The notes under the pieces were generated by a model. It did not search any database and was not told the DNA's origin. It saw only the letters and a program-made list of their open reading frames with translations. 64,000 bases of DNA from Octopus bimaculoides (lineage: Eukaryota): contig NC_069000.1 of assembly GCF_001194135.2 (NCBI RefSeq), positions 23,520,589 to 23,584,588 of the forward strand, written 5' to 3'. Made by a program: the position numbers and the translations under genes. Shown one piece after another: positions 1-13,433 of this stretch. Every line of letters starts with the position of its first letter. Within the stretch, counting starts at the first letter, position 1.

Positions 1-562
1 TATATATATATATATATATATATGTCTCGTGTTGTAGCTGTAATTCAAAGGGGCCAGCCTTGTCATATTCTGTGTGATGCTGAATCTCCCTGAGAACTAC
101 GTTAATGTTATGCATGTCTGTGGAGTACTCAGCCATTTGTGAGTTAATTTTATCCTTGTGTGGTAATGAAAAGTGAAATTGACATCTAATATTTGCTGTG
201 TATATGTATCTATGTATGAACTTTTCTTTGGATTTATGTATCTACTGTCTCTCTCACTTTCTCTCTTTCTCCTTCACTTTCTTTGTGTCCCTCTTCTCTC
301 CCGCTTTTGATTTAACAATGTGTATATGTATCTATGTATCTATGTATCTACTTCTCTTGCCATGTGATAATCATTTAAAAACACAAAACAAACGCCATCA
401 CCACTCACTGTCTCTTTCACTCTCTCTCTTTCTCTCTCACTTTTTCTCTCTCACTCTCTTTCTCTCTTACGTCCTCTCTGAAACATTTAAAAACACAAAA
501 TGAACACCGTTACAACTCACTGTCTCTTTCATTCTCTTTCTCTCACTTTGTCTCTCACTCTC

Positions 563-598
<36 letters not shown>

Positions 599-1499
599 TT
601 TCTCTCTGTCCTCCTCTCTCTCGCTTTGCCACTTCTTTGAAGTAAGTGTGACGCACACGACAGGTACGTGCAAAAACAAAAAGTTAGCATATTAATATTA
701 TTGATAATAATAATCCTTTCTACTAAATGCACAAGGCCTGAAATTTGGGGTGAGGGGCTAGTTGATTACATCGACCCCAGTGTTTCACTGGTACTTAATT
801 TATTGACCCTGAAAGGAAGAAAGGTAAAGCTGACCTCAACAGAATTTGAATAATTATAATAATTATAATAATAACAATAATAATTCGAATGTGGAGCTTA
901 AAAACAGAAACAATTCCTATTATAGTAAGGACATTAGGTATGATAAAAAAGACATTCAGACAAATACATAACAAAAACACCAGAACTAACAAGTATATAT
1001 AACATGCAGAAAATAGCACTACTAGGCACTGCGCACATTCTACATAAAACACTTTCAATACAGTGAAAATAAGAGCACCACAACAAACCACAGCACACAC
1101 CCAAGGCACACAGAGCTGCACTCAGTAGTGCAGTGAAAGCATGTGATAAAAATAAGACTACTGAATAATGATGATGATGACGACGACGACGATGACGATG
1201 ACGACGATGACGACAATGATGACGACAACGACAACAACGACAACACAAGTCTGCATAATTGAACTTTTTGAAAATTGTTCTGGTAATTGTACATTACCTC
1301 ACATATTTTTGTGGTGCTAATTTCAAATGTCAAACACATTCTTTCCCATTACCTAAGCTTTTCTCATAATTGGTAAATCCACATATGGTAGGACAAAATA
1401 AAACTAGTAAAAATGAATTTGGTACTTTATTTAGTAAAATAAGATGGCATAAATTCAACTGAAAGGTGAGAAAATAGATTTTTACAGGGGTTTGATTAA

Positions 1500-2346
1500 T
1501 TTTTTTTTAGGTTCAGCACCTCAAAATTTCTTCTTTTTCACTTGGAAACTACACCTGGAACTCTTTCACTTGTGAGCATTTGATGGACATTCACATGCAT
1601 CATCCAGCAACAGTCAGCCATTATATTGACCAGCCATTGTCCCTGATATCTTCTTTTCGATTTCTTTATGTCTTGATGAAACCTTTCCAACTGTTCCTCA
1701 CTCACATGACCCAGATTTTCTGGAAAGGAAGCCAAATGAGCATGTAAGAAATGGACTTGAATGCTCATTTTATATCCTTAGGCTTTGAACTTCTCCAGCA
1801 TTCTTCCCAGTATGTGTTTGTAGTTTGAATCCTTGCAGTAACCCAAGTAGTTCTTCATCATATCTTTAAAACTAATCCATGCATCTTTTTCAGAATCACT
1901 AGGGGAGTTTTCAAAATTACTCCTTCTTCAACTTTGGTACTGGATAGAGCTGGAAACTCTCCATCCTGTTGCAAAGCTTTTATGAATTGCTTCATGAGGC
2001 CAAGTTTTATAAGTGGGAGAGCCATAAGAACCCTTTTCAGATTAGCCAAACTTTCTCTAAGGATATTCTTTCTTCCTGATGTATGCCTTTTCTTACGTGG
2101 CCATTCTTTTTTTTAGACCAATGGAAGTTCCTAGCTCTGTTATCGTGTTCACATGAGAAACATAGAAATTTTGTGTAGCCTAGCTTTTGTCCAAGCACCA
2201 TGCTGATTATTTTCAAGTTGCCATAAATCATCCAGTTGTGGTCTTTGAATTTAATCTTGTGTAAGAATGACACCAAATTTTCAGATGTTTCATTTATGTT
2301 CACTGAGTGTTCAACAGGGATCAAAGTATACCTGTTACCATTATAC
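1500..2346 (-). mobile_element. Degraded DNA transposon transposase, CMC superfamily (Chapaev3-like)
   Basis: Three frameshifted ORF pieces in correct order: YNGNRYTLIPVEHSV..NWMIYGNLKIISMVLGQKLGYTKFLCFSCEHDNRAR; LPLIKLGLMKQFIKAL; HFLHAHLASFPENLGHVSEEQLERFHQDIKK..RRYQGQW..MADCCW. The family assignment is from recalled motifs. Confidence 0.7.
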
Positions 2347-2679
2347 AGTAGAACAACTTAAATAATGTGTATTGAGGTAAAAGATTCTTGAATTTAAGTC
2401 CAGAACTCATTTTATCAACCCTGAAAGGATGAATGATAAATTCGACCTCAGCAGAATTTTAATGTTTTCTTTAATAACAACAATAATAATAATAACTATT
2501 ATTATTATTATTATTTCTAATTTTTGCACAAGACCAGCAAATTTGAAGGGAAAGTCAACTACAATGACTCTAGTACTTGACTTGTACTTATTTTATTGAC
2601 CCCAAAAGGATGAAAAGTAAAGTTGACCTCAATGGAATTTTAACTCAGAATAATCCAAAAGTGGATTATTTCTAAAAAT

Positions 2680-3250
2680 GAAAAGCATCAAGCATGATCT
2701 TCCTGGTTTGAGCATGTGTTTTGAGAGGAAATTCAAAAAATTTCAAAGTAATATAAAGAGTAAAAGTTTCAAGTACTTCACAAGACCATAGAAATTTTTT
2801 GAAAAGCAATTATAAGAAAACTGAAAATTCACAAAATAGTTTATAGAAGTTCTAAGGTCTGTGGTAGAGCAATTTTCTTCTAGATTTGTGCAATACAGTG
2901 AGTTAAAGAAAATTTATAAACTATCCTCAAAGAGCAGATATCAGGAAACTGAAATTAGATGCGTTTGAATTGTTGTGATGAATAGATGTAGAAGTGCAGA
3001 TAGTTGACTGGAAGCAATGCTATGTTACACTGAAAGCTGATTTAGAAGAAATTGAACCTGAATATGTACAAATAATCATAGACAGCTTTTTAAGGTTGTG
3101 GATTTCTGAGTGTGTGGAATTGCAGTCCCTAAAATTTTGGTGCTCTTAAAATTCTTAAAATTCTTGCAAAAGCACTCCTAACCCTTTTTGTCATCAATGT
3201 ATTCATGCATTAAATGATATAAAAGTAAACAAGAGAAACAGAATGGGTAA
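2680..3250 (+). mobile_element. Degraded hAT transposase C-terminal fragment (GTF2IRD2/SPIN-like)
   Basis: Broken translation VVEQFSSRFVQYSELKK..WKQCYVTLKADLEEIE..NFGALKILAKAL..ALNDIKVNKRNRM parallels the hAT protein at 22673-23200. Confidence 0.55.
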
Positions 3251-5249
3251 AAAGCATACATTTTAATCCAACAAAATATGTCATCAAAGTTAACTTTTAA
3301 AATTTCCTTTCGTTTAACTTATTGTATTTATATATTTTGAGTTATATTTTATAAAATTCCTAGTCTTATAAATATATTAGTAAAATTGGCTTCTTATCTA
3401 TAAGCATTTACCTAAAACCAAAGAGCATGAATATATAATAGTGATATTTCTATGACAGATTATTAAAAAATAGAATTTTCAACTAACTGGAATAAAAATA
3501 TGTCACTATCACTAACCTAGGCAGTACAAAATCATATGAGATATATAATTACTGAGAGTATACAATGACTCAACAGGTAGTGGGTGTTATGAATTTATGT
3601 TTTTGTGAATTTAACAACTAGAAAGAATGAACTTCAAATATATAAAGAAAATGATCTTGTGGACATCTAGATGTTTTGGTGACTTTTCACCTTGTACATA
3701 CAGAAATACATACATATGCACTTGTGTGTAAAAGAAGAACAGTCATATCCCTTCATTTCTCCTTCTCAAACAATCTTGTAAACTAATTCTTCAACTCACC
3801 TTGTGCCCTGTGGGGCCTTTTATAACACCTCATTGCCATTATCCACCTCTTGCAGCTCCCACTGTTCATTTTCTCTTTCTCTTCCCTTCATTTACAAGAT
3901 GTGAGTAGCCATGCAGATCCTCTACAAGAACCTGCACTGCCCCTTTTTCATAGTTCAATCCCTTCTTTACGAGTATGAAGCTGACCTCCACCCCTCTCGC
4001 CAGGGGTGGAGTGGGGTTACTTTCAGGCAAAAAAAAAAAAAGAACCCACCCACTCCATATGTAAAATGGTTGGCATTAGAAAGGGAATCCATCCATAAAA
4101 AACGTGCCAAAATAGACATTGGAGCACGATGTAGTCCTTGAATACACCAGATTCTGTCAAACAAAACGTCCAACCCATGCCAGCATGGAACATGGACGTC
4201 ATATGATGATGATGATGATACGTACATACATACATACATACATAAACAAGATAAGCATTTACACATCTCAACCGTCTATTGAACTTAGTTCTCGGAATTA
4301 CGACACACAATATTCACTTCCCCGTCTGACTCGAATGCAAGGTATATTACATTTTTTGTCGTTTCAAGACGTTGTAAAACAGTTCAATGGAAAACAAATT
4401 TGTGAAAAGTTTTGAAAATCACAACAGAGTTACCTCCCTGAAACATGTTGTGAAGCTAACATTAGAACAGGAACTCACAGAATTTAACTTGCAAACCCCT
4501 TTAATTAAGTCAATTTACAACAAAAAATTATAGCTAAATCACACCCTGGAGCCTTCAAAAAAAAAAAAAAAAAGAAAGATAGAAAATGTAATTCGAGGTA
4601 TACTACAGCTGAAAAAATTCAGCCATACTTGAATTTCCTCGATAGAAATCCTTTCCTGACAACACAAAAACAACTGTCATTGATAATCATAATCTCTGTG
4701 AATGAATTATGAAACTCCAGATCACAATTCTGACTATTTCCATACTAGAGATCTACTCAGTCAAATCTAACGTTGAGCAGCAACTTATGAAGATTATTCA
4801 GACATGGTTATTACTAATTGAAATTGCTGAACACTCATTTCAATCTCCTAGCATGAAGCTTTTTGGGCTGGGCAGATGATCGACAGAATTACTAAATTAT
4901 CATAGAAAAGGTTTTTACCTTATTTGGCTATATATTTTTAAGTTTTGAATTGAAATACTACTGGAAGTCAACTTTGCTACTTAAGTACTTATTGATTTCA
5001 TCAATTATCCATCCCAGCTTCCTCCTAAAAATTGTTTAAAATCATTATAGAAACAGAAATGGCTATGGGATTAAATGGTTTCTTTTATAGCTACATTATT
5101 CCTGGACTGACTCCATATCATGACACCAAATAGAAATATTTTCTCCAATCAGCTCAAGGGAACAGAAGAATTTGGGAGTTGAATTAGGTGGACAGGAACT
5201 GTGCTTAAAATGACCACATGAACAACACCTGTTCTATGGTGATAGATTT

Positions 5250-5480
5250 AATTTGTTTCCTTGTTTAACTTTGCCATCTAGCTTTGAGAGTAGAGTAAAT
5301 CAAATGTATTCTGTACCAATGTTGTGCCCTTGTTCCAATCCTAGAGATAATTGTGATCATGTTAATGCTTGTCTTCCTCAGGACTCAGAACTTCAACAAA
5401 ATTCCTGCTTTTAGCCTCTTTCCTTGCTTGATACATCTAATATTGTTCCTGGCTGTCAACTTTTTTACACTCGGTCTAAG
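5250..5480 (-). mobile_element. Highly decayed RTE LINE linker fragment
   Basis: Minus strand MYQARKEAKSRNFVEVLSPEEDKH..EQGHNIGTEYI resembles the RTE endonuclease-RT linker. Confidence 0.3.
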
Positions 5481-5868
5481 TTGTTTTATTAGTTGTTAAA
5501 TCCCTATTTAGTTTTCAAACTGCTTAATGGGTTGTATTTGGTTGTTTCTGAGGAATATCCAGTTGTCTTTATGTTATATTTCATGTTTCTCCTTTCTTTC
5601 CCATCTATAAACAAACTATGAGAACAATAATTTTCAAGTATTTTCCAATCCACAAAACATCAAATAAGTTGCTAAAAGTATCGCAGCAAGCCATCAGTTT
5701 ATTTTTAAAGTTTTATTAAATGAAACAATATATTAGAATTGTTTTAAAACAGAGATGGATGCATTCCTTGCACTTTGCTACAAAGGAATACACAGACACC
5801 AGTTTGTATATTTTAAAAACATTAAGTTTTCTAACTAGCCTAGCATTTTCTGACTTAGCTGTGAATTT

Positions 5869-5870
<2 letters not shown>

Positions 5871-5949
<79 letters not shown>
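5871..5949. repeat. (CA)n microsatellite
   Basis: Perfect dinucleotide run. Similar (TG)n runs occur at 6532-6589 and 12679-12752, (CA)n at 53796-53862 and (TA)n at 1-22 and 32773-32836. Confidence 0.98.
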
Positions 5950-5951
<2 letters not shown>

Positions 5952-6185
5952 CACATGCATATACATACATACAAATGCAACACCCATGCACACGTCCTTA
6001 CGTTAGTACCAACAATCAATATATAAAACAGGCAGAGTGAGGAGCAAACCAGCTGCATGACAACACTCCTACACATACATGCTTGACAACAAATAGATGA
6101 CCTTTGACAAAATACCATAAGAAAATTATTTGGAGAATTTGAAATCATTTAAAAGGTGACTAATGTGATAAAAAAATTATGACAA

Positions 6186-6227
6186 ATTAGGTAAGGCTGA
6201 TTAGGTAAGGCTGATTAGGTAAAGCTG
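6186..6227. repeat. 14-bp tandem repeat x3 (ATTAGGTAAGGCTG)
   Basis: Units at 6186, 6200 and 6214, with one substitution in the third. Confidence 0.9.
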
Positions 6228-6530
6228 ATGTGAATTACAATCAGTGCAAGTGCTTATTGGCAGTTCTAGCCAAAATACCATTTTCAGAATAGTTTGTTGG
6301 TTTGTGTAATGTATTTATTATCTCATCTTTTTGTATCTAATGTCTAACATTGTCTACCATGTCATTTGCTGATGTTTGGGTGTACTTTGAAGTAAATTTG
6401 ACTGTTGTTGTAATAGGTTGTGATACATGATTGTATGAGAGGGGCTAGGGGTTATTTAGGGTGGAATTTGTTGGGAGGAAGGGCTGACAATGTCTTGGAC
6501 ACAAATGCAAACAAAATATACTTACATATA

Positions 6531-6592
<62 letters not shown>

Positions 6593-6667
6593 TCTTTTAT
6601 TCTTTTATTCATTTCAGCTCTGCACCTGCAGTCATGCTGGAGGACCACCTATATATAGGTAAAATAT

Positions 6668-6879
6668 TGGTTTCAAATTTTGGCACAAGGCCAGCAATTT
6701 CATGGAGAGGGTAAGTCAATTACATTGACCCTAGTACTCAGCTGGTGCTTATTTTATCAACTCCAAATGGATGAAAAGCAAAGTCAACCTTGGTGGAATT
6801 TGAACCCCGAACATAAAGATGAACAAAATACCACTAAGTATTTTGTCCAGTGTGCTAATGATTTGCCAGCTTACCACCT
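6668..6879 (-). mobile_element. tRNA-derived SINE (family A) with 18-bp target-site duplication
   Basis: Family-A body (gaccctagt..ggatgaaaagcaaagtcaacc..ggaatttgaac) flanked by TATATATAGGTAAAATAT at 6650-67 and 6880-97. Confidence 0.85.
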
Positions 6880-7392
6880 TATATATAGGTAAAATATCAC
6901 AAATAGAACAAAAGGGAATAAAAGATGGATAGTTGAACACCATAAGAGGTTGCAACAAGTAGATAAAAATCGAAAGGTGGTGAACAAAATATAAATGCCA
7001 AAAAAGAAATGCCATAAAAATTTGTACACAGTGAATTATATATTGGAAAAAAAAAGAATGAAAAGGAAAAGAAGTATACTAATGTTTAGGGTTAACCCTT
7101 TATCAAAGTAGAGTAAGAAATAAGCAAGAGAAAAGAAACAATATCTGTTTAAAGCACATGTGTACATTTTGACTAGACACACACAAACACACACATACAT
7201 CTCAAAAAATAAATAGATCTTTCCTTTGTAGGTGAATTGTACAATGATTCTCTAGACCAGTAGTTCTCAACCATCTTTTACCTATGGACTCCTTTGATTG
7301 TTATTTTATTCTGGGGAACCCACATAGCCATACACTGTTTAAAAACTAATTCTATAAATACTTCTTCCAAAGTTCCTATTTTGCTTATCACA

Positions 7393-7465
<73 letters not shown>

Positions 7466-7680
7466 TTATGTTTGACTTTTGTTTTGCATTTGTACAAGTT
7501 GGATCCAAGTCTCACCCAGAGACCTCAAGAGACAACAAGCTAGAAGTTCATGTAGGTGTTATGCCTAGGGTACCATACATTTGGATTTGTACAGTTTTGT
7601 TCAAGTGAATGTTTAAGAAACCATAAGAAAATTATGTGTTTGCTTTAAAATTTGAGATCACATAGACAGTATTTTACTTA
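7466..7680 (-). mobile_element. 3' end of an R4/Dong-like (RLE) LINE or derived short element, copy 1
   Basis: Diverged copy of 7843-8005. It ends on the minus strand in aaaagtcaaacataaAATAATAAT and is cut by the N gap. Confidence 0.6.
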
Positions 7681-7690
7681 NNNNNNNNNN
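7681..7690. other. Assembly gap (10 N)
   Basis: nnnnnnnnnn between an element tail and a (CAT)n array. Confidence 1.
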
Positions 7691-7842
<152 letters not shown>

Positions 7843-8101
7843 AGACCTCAAGACCTCAAGAGACAACAAGTTAAAAGTTCATGCCTAGGGTGTCATATAT
7901 TTGGTTTTGCACATAGTATTATTTTAGAGAATGTTTAAGAAAACATAAGAAAATTATGAATTTGTTTTAAAATTTGAGATTACATAGACAGTATTTTACG
8001 TAGGATATGGGCAGTTCCCATGAGTACTATCTTTTTAATTTCAGCCATTTGGGGGTTCCCTGGTATCTGAGCTAGGTAGCAATCAGCGCCTTTTGCTATC
8101 A
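7843..8101 (-). mobile_element. 3' end of an R4/Dong-like (RLE) LINE, copy 2
   Basis: MIAKGADCYLAQIPGNPQMAEIKKIVLMGTAHILRKILSM* resembles the C-terminal IQK..LLGTAxILRKVL motif of restriction-like-endonuclease LINEs, followed by 3' UTR. Confidence 0.65.
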
Positions 8102-8147
<46 letters not shown>

Positions 8148-8703
8148 GAGTGAGAGAGCAGCACATGCCATCAAAGTGACGCTGGGGTACAAATATATGA
8201 AGCCCAGTATACCCATCATGACTACCCATGTGATAAGGGTACACCAGGCACATGCATCACAACCATATGTGTGTGACATGGTGATGTCATATCAAGATAA
8301 ACAGCACATGACCTTGCAGGTGGGGCCCAGTTAAAATTTTCTTCAGGTTGAGTTGCCCATCCAGCTCAAAAGGTCCCTGAATAAGGACTGTTTAAGGATG
8401 TTGAATGAAACACCCATGTTTCCAGAGGTGAATTATTCAAACTCCCAAGAATTCCTTTCAACACATGGCTATGATGCTCTCCCACTACTGCTCATGATCA
8501 GAGGTGCTCATATCATCAGCCACCAAGGGACATGCTCAATTGCTTAAGATCAAACAGCTGACAAGCAAATCTATAGTAATGAGCAGAATATTTGCTGTAG
8601 TCCATCTTTTACACCAAGACAAAACATATACATGATAACACCTCCAATCAGTTGAGATCAGAAGCCATGAAGGCCAGTGCTTGGAATTACAGCAGAGAAT
8701 TAT
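8148..8703. repeat. Probable interspersed repeat of unknown class bounded by (ATT)n and (GTT/GCT)n
   Basis: A GC-richer 550-bp block sharply delimited by microsatellites, with no meaningful ORF. Its repetitiveness is recalled from octopus DNA and is not demonstrable within this window. Confidence 0.35.
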
Positions 8704-8736
8704 CGTTGTTGTTGTTGTTGCTGCTGCTGCTGCTGC

Positions 8737-8768
<32 letters not shown>

Positions 8769-9801
8769 TCAGTTTTGTTGTTGCTGCTACTACTGCTGCT
8801 GCTGCTGCTGCTGCTGTTGTTGTTGTTGTTGTTGTTGTTGTAATATAGTCTTACGACAACCAGTTAATGTTACCAAATGCTGAGATAAAATTAGCACTCA
8901 TTGAACATGGTAAAATGGAAAATATAGCTTCAGCTCTTTGCTCTAGAAAGACTGAAAAATGCTATAAAGACCAGAAAGAAATTCATGGTTGAAACAACTC
9001 AGGAAACATAGGAAACAGACCAACAGAACAAAAGAACAAAAGCTCATTAACATTATGTCTCTTGTATTAGTCCCTTTTAGACAGTGACCTGTGTGGCCTG
9101 CATACAAGCATTCAGGTGGCAAAAAAATCCCATCCAATTTTATGGAATATTTGATTGTAGTGTAAAGAGGATGTAAGGGCAGGTTGAAAATAATTAGATG
9201 CATATAAAGGGAAAGAGGAATAGAGATGTGGGGAAGAGATGGATTTATTTGCTTCAAGATTCACTGTTCATAAAAAGGATTATTTCACATTCTCAGTTTC
9301 TAGATTCTTATGACATCAACAACATACAATTCTTGGTGGTAAGAATAAGGTTTCTAAAATGGATAGAAAAACTTGAAGGATTGCTTTGGTCCATTGGTAG
9401 AACATCTGTCATGTACACAGGAGAAGTGGGTGTGAGTCCTGTGAGCTGCCTTTGACTTTTTTTCTATCCAAATGGTTTTTAACCCAATATTTACATGCTA
9501 TTATTTATAGCTTTATTTGCCTTAAGATTCACTGTTCCTAAAAGGAATTATTATACAATTCTAAACTATGGTACATTCTATGGTCATATCGCTTTTGAAT
9601 TATCGTAACTGTTTGCTTTGAAATTTATTTTTTATATTGGGTGTGGGGAAGCACTTAAGCATAACTTCTTCAGTTACTCACATACCTTGGTGTTATTTTT
9701 TAATGACTGCATCAATTAATGTACTGTAATTACTATCTATTCTTCATCTATTAGTATTTAGAATATTAAACTGAACTTCACTAATAATACAAAATATTAT
9801 C

Positions 9802-9995
9802 TTAGAAAGTTAAAGAAGTGATTTTAAATTCTCAATCACAGGATAATGCTAATAATATAGCTTGAACAGGATAAACTACCCCTATTTTGCACCTACACTT
9901 TTTTCTGCAAAATAGGGGTAGTTTATCCTATTCAGGCTATATTATTAACATTATCCTGCAATTGAGAATTCAAAATCACTTCTTTAACTTTCTAA
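9802..9995. repeat. Long inverted repeat / foldback hairpin, 90-bp arms, 14-nt loop
   Basis: 9802-9891 versus the reverse complement of 9906-9995: 84/90 identical, no indels, all 6 differences are transitions. Confidence 0.95.
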
Positions 9996-10699
9996 AACAT
10001 CTCAATGCTTCTAAAAGCAAACTTTGTTTGTTTACATTTATCGTAATTTGAATTTAAAATATTATCTATTTAAGTTAACTATGTATCACCTACTCTTTAT
10101 TCTAAATTAAATGAATCTCCTTGTAATGCAAATATAATAAACTTGAGATTAAAATGATGTAGCCATTTTATATAGTATTACAACTTAAAATCCTTTAAAA
10201 CATTTTTATTAAGTCATTTATCCCTTTATACAGAAAAAAAAATGCATACATATTAATCTTTAAATAATACTCTATTATCCTTTAATTAAAATAATCCTTT
10301 TAGTTACCTTTCCTCTTAACAACTTTTAATGTTCAACCATCACAGAAGACACAGCTTTTGTCTAAATTCCGTACTTTATGTATCTTGTTTTTCATTAACT
10401 ATCACTTTTCAATTGTTTGAAAAACACATGCTCTTTGACCTATATTTGTTAATATTTGGTGTTCCTTCCCACCACCACCATCACCATTCTTTTTCCCTCT
10501 CATGCCAATTGATTAAACCACCAAATTCTGGGTTTTTCTACTTGTTAACTTTTCATCAACGTCACAGCTCTGCCTATTGTTACTACCAATTCCTTCCACC
10601 ACATAAACAATTTCTGTATATTTATTGATGCATTTCTAAAAACCCACATAAATTGGAAAAGCCAGCTTTTGGTGGGAAGTTGATGTCAACATTTCTATA

Positions 10700-12170
10700 T
10701 TTTACTCTATGATCAGATAATATTTGTTATTCGAAGCAGAGACCTCACTCTCCAGTTGGTCTTCTTTTGATGGTGTTACTTATCTGCTTCTTAAATGTGG
10801 TGAGTTCTTTCTTCTGCACCAGCTTCCATTATTCTTTCAATTCTGTCTTAATAACTGTGTTACTCCAAAGCAATGGAAAATTGCCAGCTTCACTCCCCTA
10901 AGCAAAAAGGGTGATTGCACATTACATGTTAACTACCATCCAGTCTGTCTTACTGGCTGCATCACTAAATTTATAGAACGTGTCAAAAAAACACTTTGAA
11001 CTTTCTGTAACTCTCACAACCTTATTCAACCTTCACAATTTGGATTTATCCCTTTCTCCAGCTGCTGTGACCAGCTTATTGAGTTTCTTGAAGATTTCAC
11101 CCAAATCACTGATAGCAACACATGGATGCTATCTATCTTGACTTTGCTAAAGCCTTCCATTCTGTACCACACAATTGACTTATGGCAAAACTCTTTGCAA
11201 TGGATGTAAGAAATGATCTTTCTAACAGGTTGAAGTCCTTCATTCTCAGTTGAAAAGTGGTAGACATGGTTCTAGGACAGCATTCTGCACCTTATTATTA
11301 TTATTACTACCCACAAGGGGCTACACACAGAGGGGACAAACAAGGACAGACAAACGGATTAAGTAGATTATATCGACCCCAGTGTGTAACTGGTACTTAT
11401 TTAATCGACCCCGAAAGGATGAAAGGCAAAGTCGACCTCGGTGGAATTTGAACTCAGAGCATAGCGGCAGATGAAATACCGCTAAGCATTTCGTCCGGCG
11501 TGCTAACGTTTCTGCCAGCTCATTCTGCACCTTATGAGATGACATCTGGTGTACCACAGGAATCCGTTCTTGCACTTCTGTTGTTTGTTGCAAATATTAA
11601 TGATATAGATGCTAACTTGAAGAGTATTACAGTGTTGAAATATGCAGATGGCATCAAGCTGTACCTTGAGATAAAAGGAACAGATCTTGTATGCTATAGC
11701 TCTTTCCTACAATCAGACCTGGACACAATACAGCAATAGATTACTTACTGGCGACTCAAGCTGGCTGTGGACAAGTACACCACCATGCCTTTTTGGAGGA
11801 AAACCCAGCCTTTACATACCCTGCCTTACAACACCAATCTTAAGAAGCCTACTAGTGAATGTGACCTGGGCATTACTGTCAACAGCGATTTGTATTGGAC
11901 ACACCACATTTCTAAAATTGCCAAAAAAGCCAAAGGTGTTTTAGTATCATTCAGTAAGACCTTTGTCACGGCTCTCCAGCTATCTATTTAAAGCTTTATA
12001 TGGCTATGGTAGTCCATACTTAGGATTTGCTTCACCAGTCCATAACCCCCATCTTGCTCAGGATATCAGTCTTCTGGAAACTGTTCAGAAATGTGCAGCA
12101 AGATGGCTACCCACCATTAGGCTTCTACCATATTCTGAACATGGATACATTAAAGTAACTCACTTGGTAA
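10700..12170 (+). mobile_element. Degraded CR1/L2-group LINE reverse transcriptase
   Basis: VTPKQWKIASFTPLSKKGD..NYHPVCLT; AIYLDFAKAFHSVPH; SGVPQESVLALLLF..INDI..KYADG; CDLGITVNSDLYW..HISKI. Interrupted by a SINE at 11296-11520. Confidence 0.85.
11296..11520 (-). mobile_element. Young near-full-length tRNA-derived SINE (family A), 15-bp TSD, (TAA)n tail
   Basis: A box TGGCAGAAACG (11507-17) and B box GAGTTCAAATTCC (11443-55), CpGs intact. TSD CATTCTGCACCTTAT at 11281-95 and 11521-35. Confidence 0.92.
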
Positions 12171-12675
12171 CATCCACAAGATTATTCACCATCTTTCAAG
12201 AAAGAAAGAAAGAGGAAGAGAAAATGAAAAAGGAGTGCTAGATGGTGGTCAAGATATTGTGAGAGGGTGGGGAGAGGAGAGCTATCAGTAGATAAAAGAA
12301 ATAGGAGTGGGGATAGAAGGAAGAGATAAGAATGTGAGGAAGGAATATGTAAGAAGTGGGAGGTGGGGTGATATGTTAGAAAGGCATTGGAGAGATAGAT
12401 AAAGAATGTGGTACAGAGGTGGGTACTAAAAGTGAGTGGTAAACCCCAAAAAGGAATGGAAGAATAAGAAAATATAATGGTCCAGTTTCTAAAAATAGAC
12501 GTAGGCATTTATATGAGTTCAGAGATTGTATTAGCTAAAGTAATAGTGGGAGAAAGAAAAATATGTATACAAATATATGCGCACATGCACATGCATACAT
12601 ATCAATGTGTATATAGGACTGCATACTCACACATATACGTATACATATGTATCCATACACATACCCATACATGTT

Positions 12676-12754
<79 letters not shown>

Positions 12755-12889
12755 TATTATTATATTATTAAACAATTAAAAAATTAGAAATTAAGAAATT
12801 GGCAAGTCAAACAAGGTTGTTGGAGGTTACCTAAAGGGTATTTGGTACATGTATTGTGTGGTGATTTAGGCTGCATTTAGATCTGTGGT

Positions 12890-13386
12890 AAAATTTGAAG
12901 GTATGAAAAAGGCGATAGTTGATGTAGTTAAGGCTTCATTATACTTATTTAGTAGTATTGAAAAGTTATGTTTTAATGTGTGGAATGCCTCTTTAGGCAT
13001 AGCTTACAGGCTGAGCATTGACCCTGGTATGGAAGCCCTGAATCTATTATGAACCATGATAAGTGATATGGAGTATTCCTGTTTTTAAGATGATGTATGT
13101 GACTAGCAAGGGTTGTGGATTTACTGTGTTTCTCATCTCTAAAAGAATTGAGATGTGCAGTGTATCTCTGTTTAAAATTTATAGTTGATCCTATATATAT
13201 GGTTGTAGAATTGTGAAGTGTGTTGAGGAGGGTGCATTTGTAAATTACATTAGACTTTCCACAAGGGCAAATGGTCCCAGGGTGGCAGTTACATGGTAAT
13301 GCATTGTAGGAATTATTCTCCGGAATGGAGGAAGTAATACTGACTAGGGAGAGGTTAGAGATGGGGTAGATTGGTGTATGTTGTTG

Positions 13387-13433
<47 letters not shown>

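Noticed and set aside
6186-6227. TTAGG-containing repeat as an interstitial telomere
   Set aside because: The unit is 14 bp with only three copies; it is not (TTAGGG)n.
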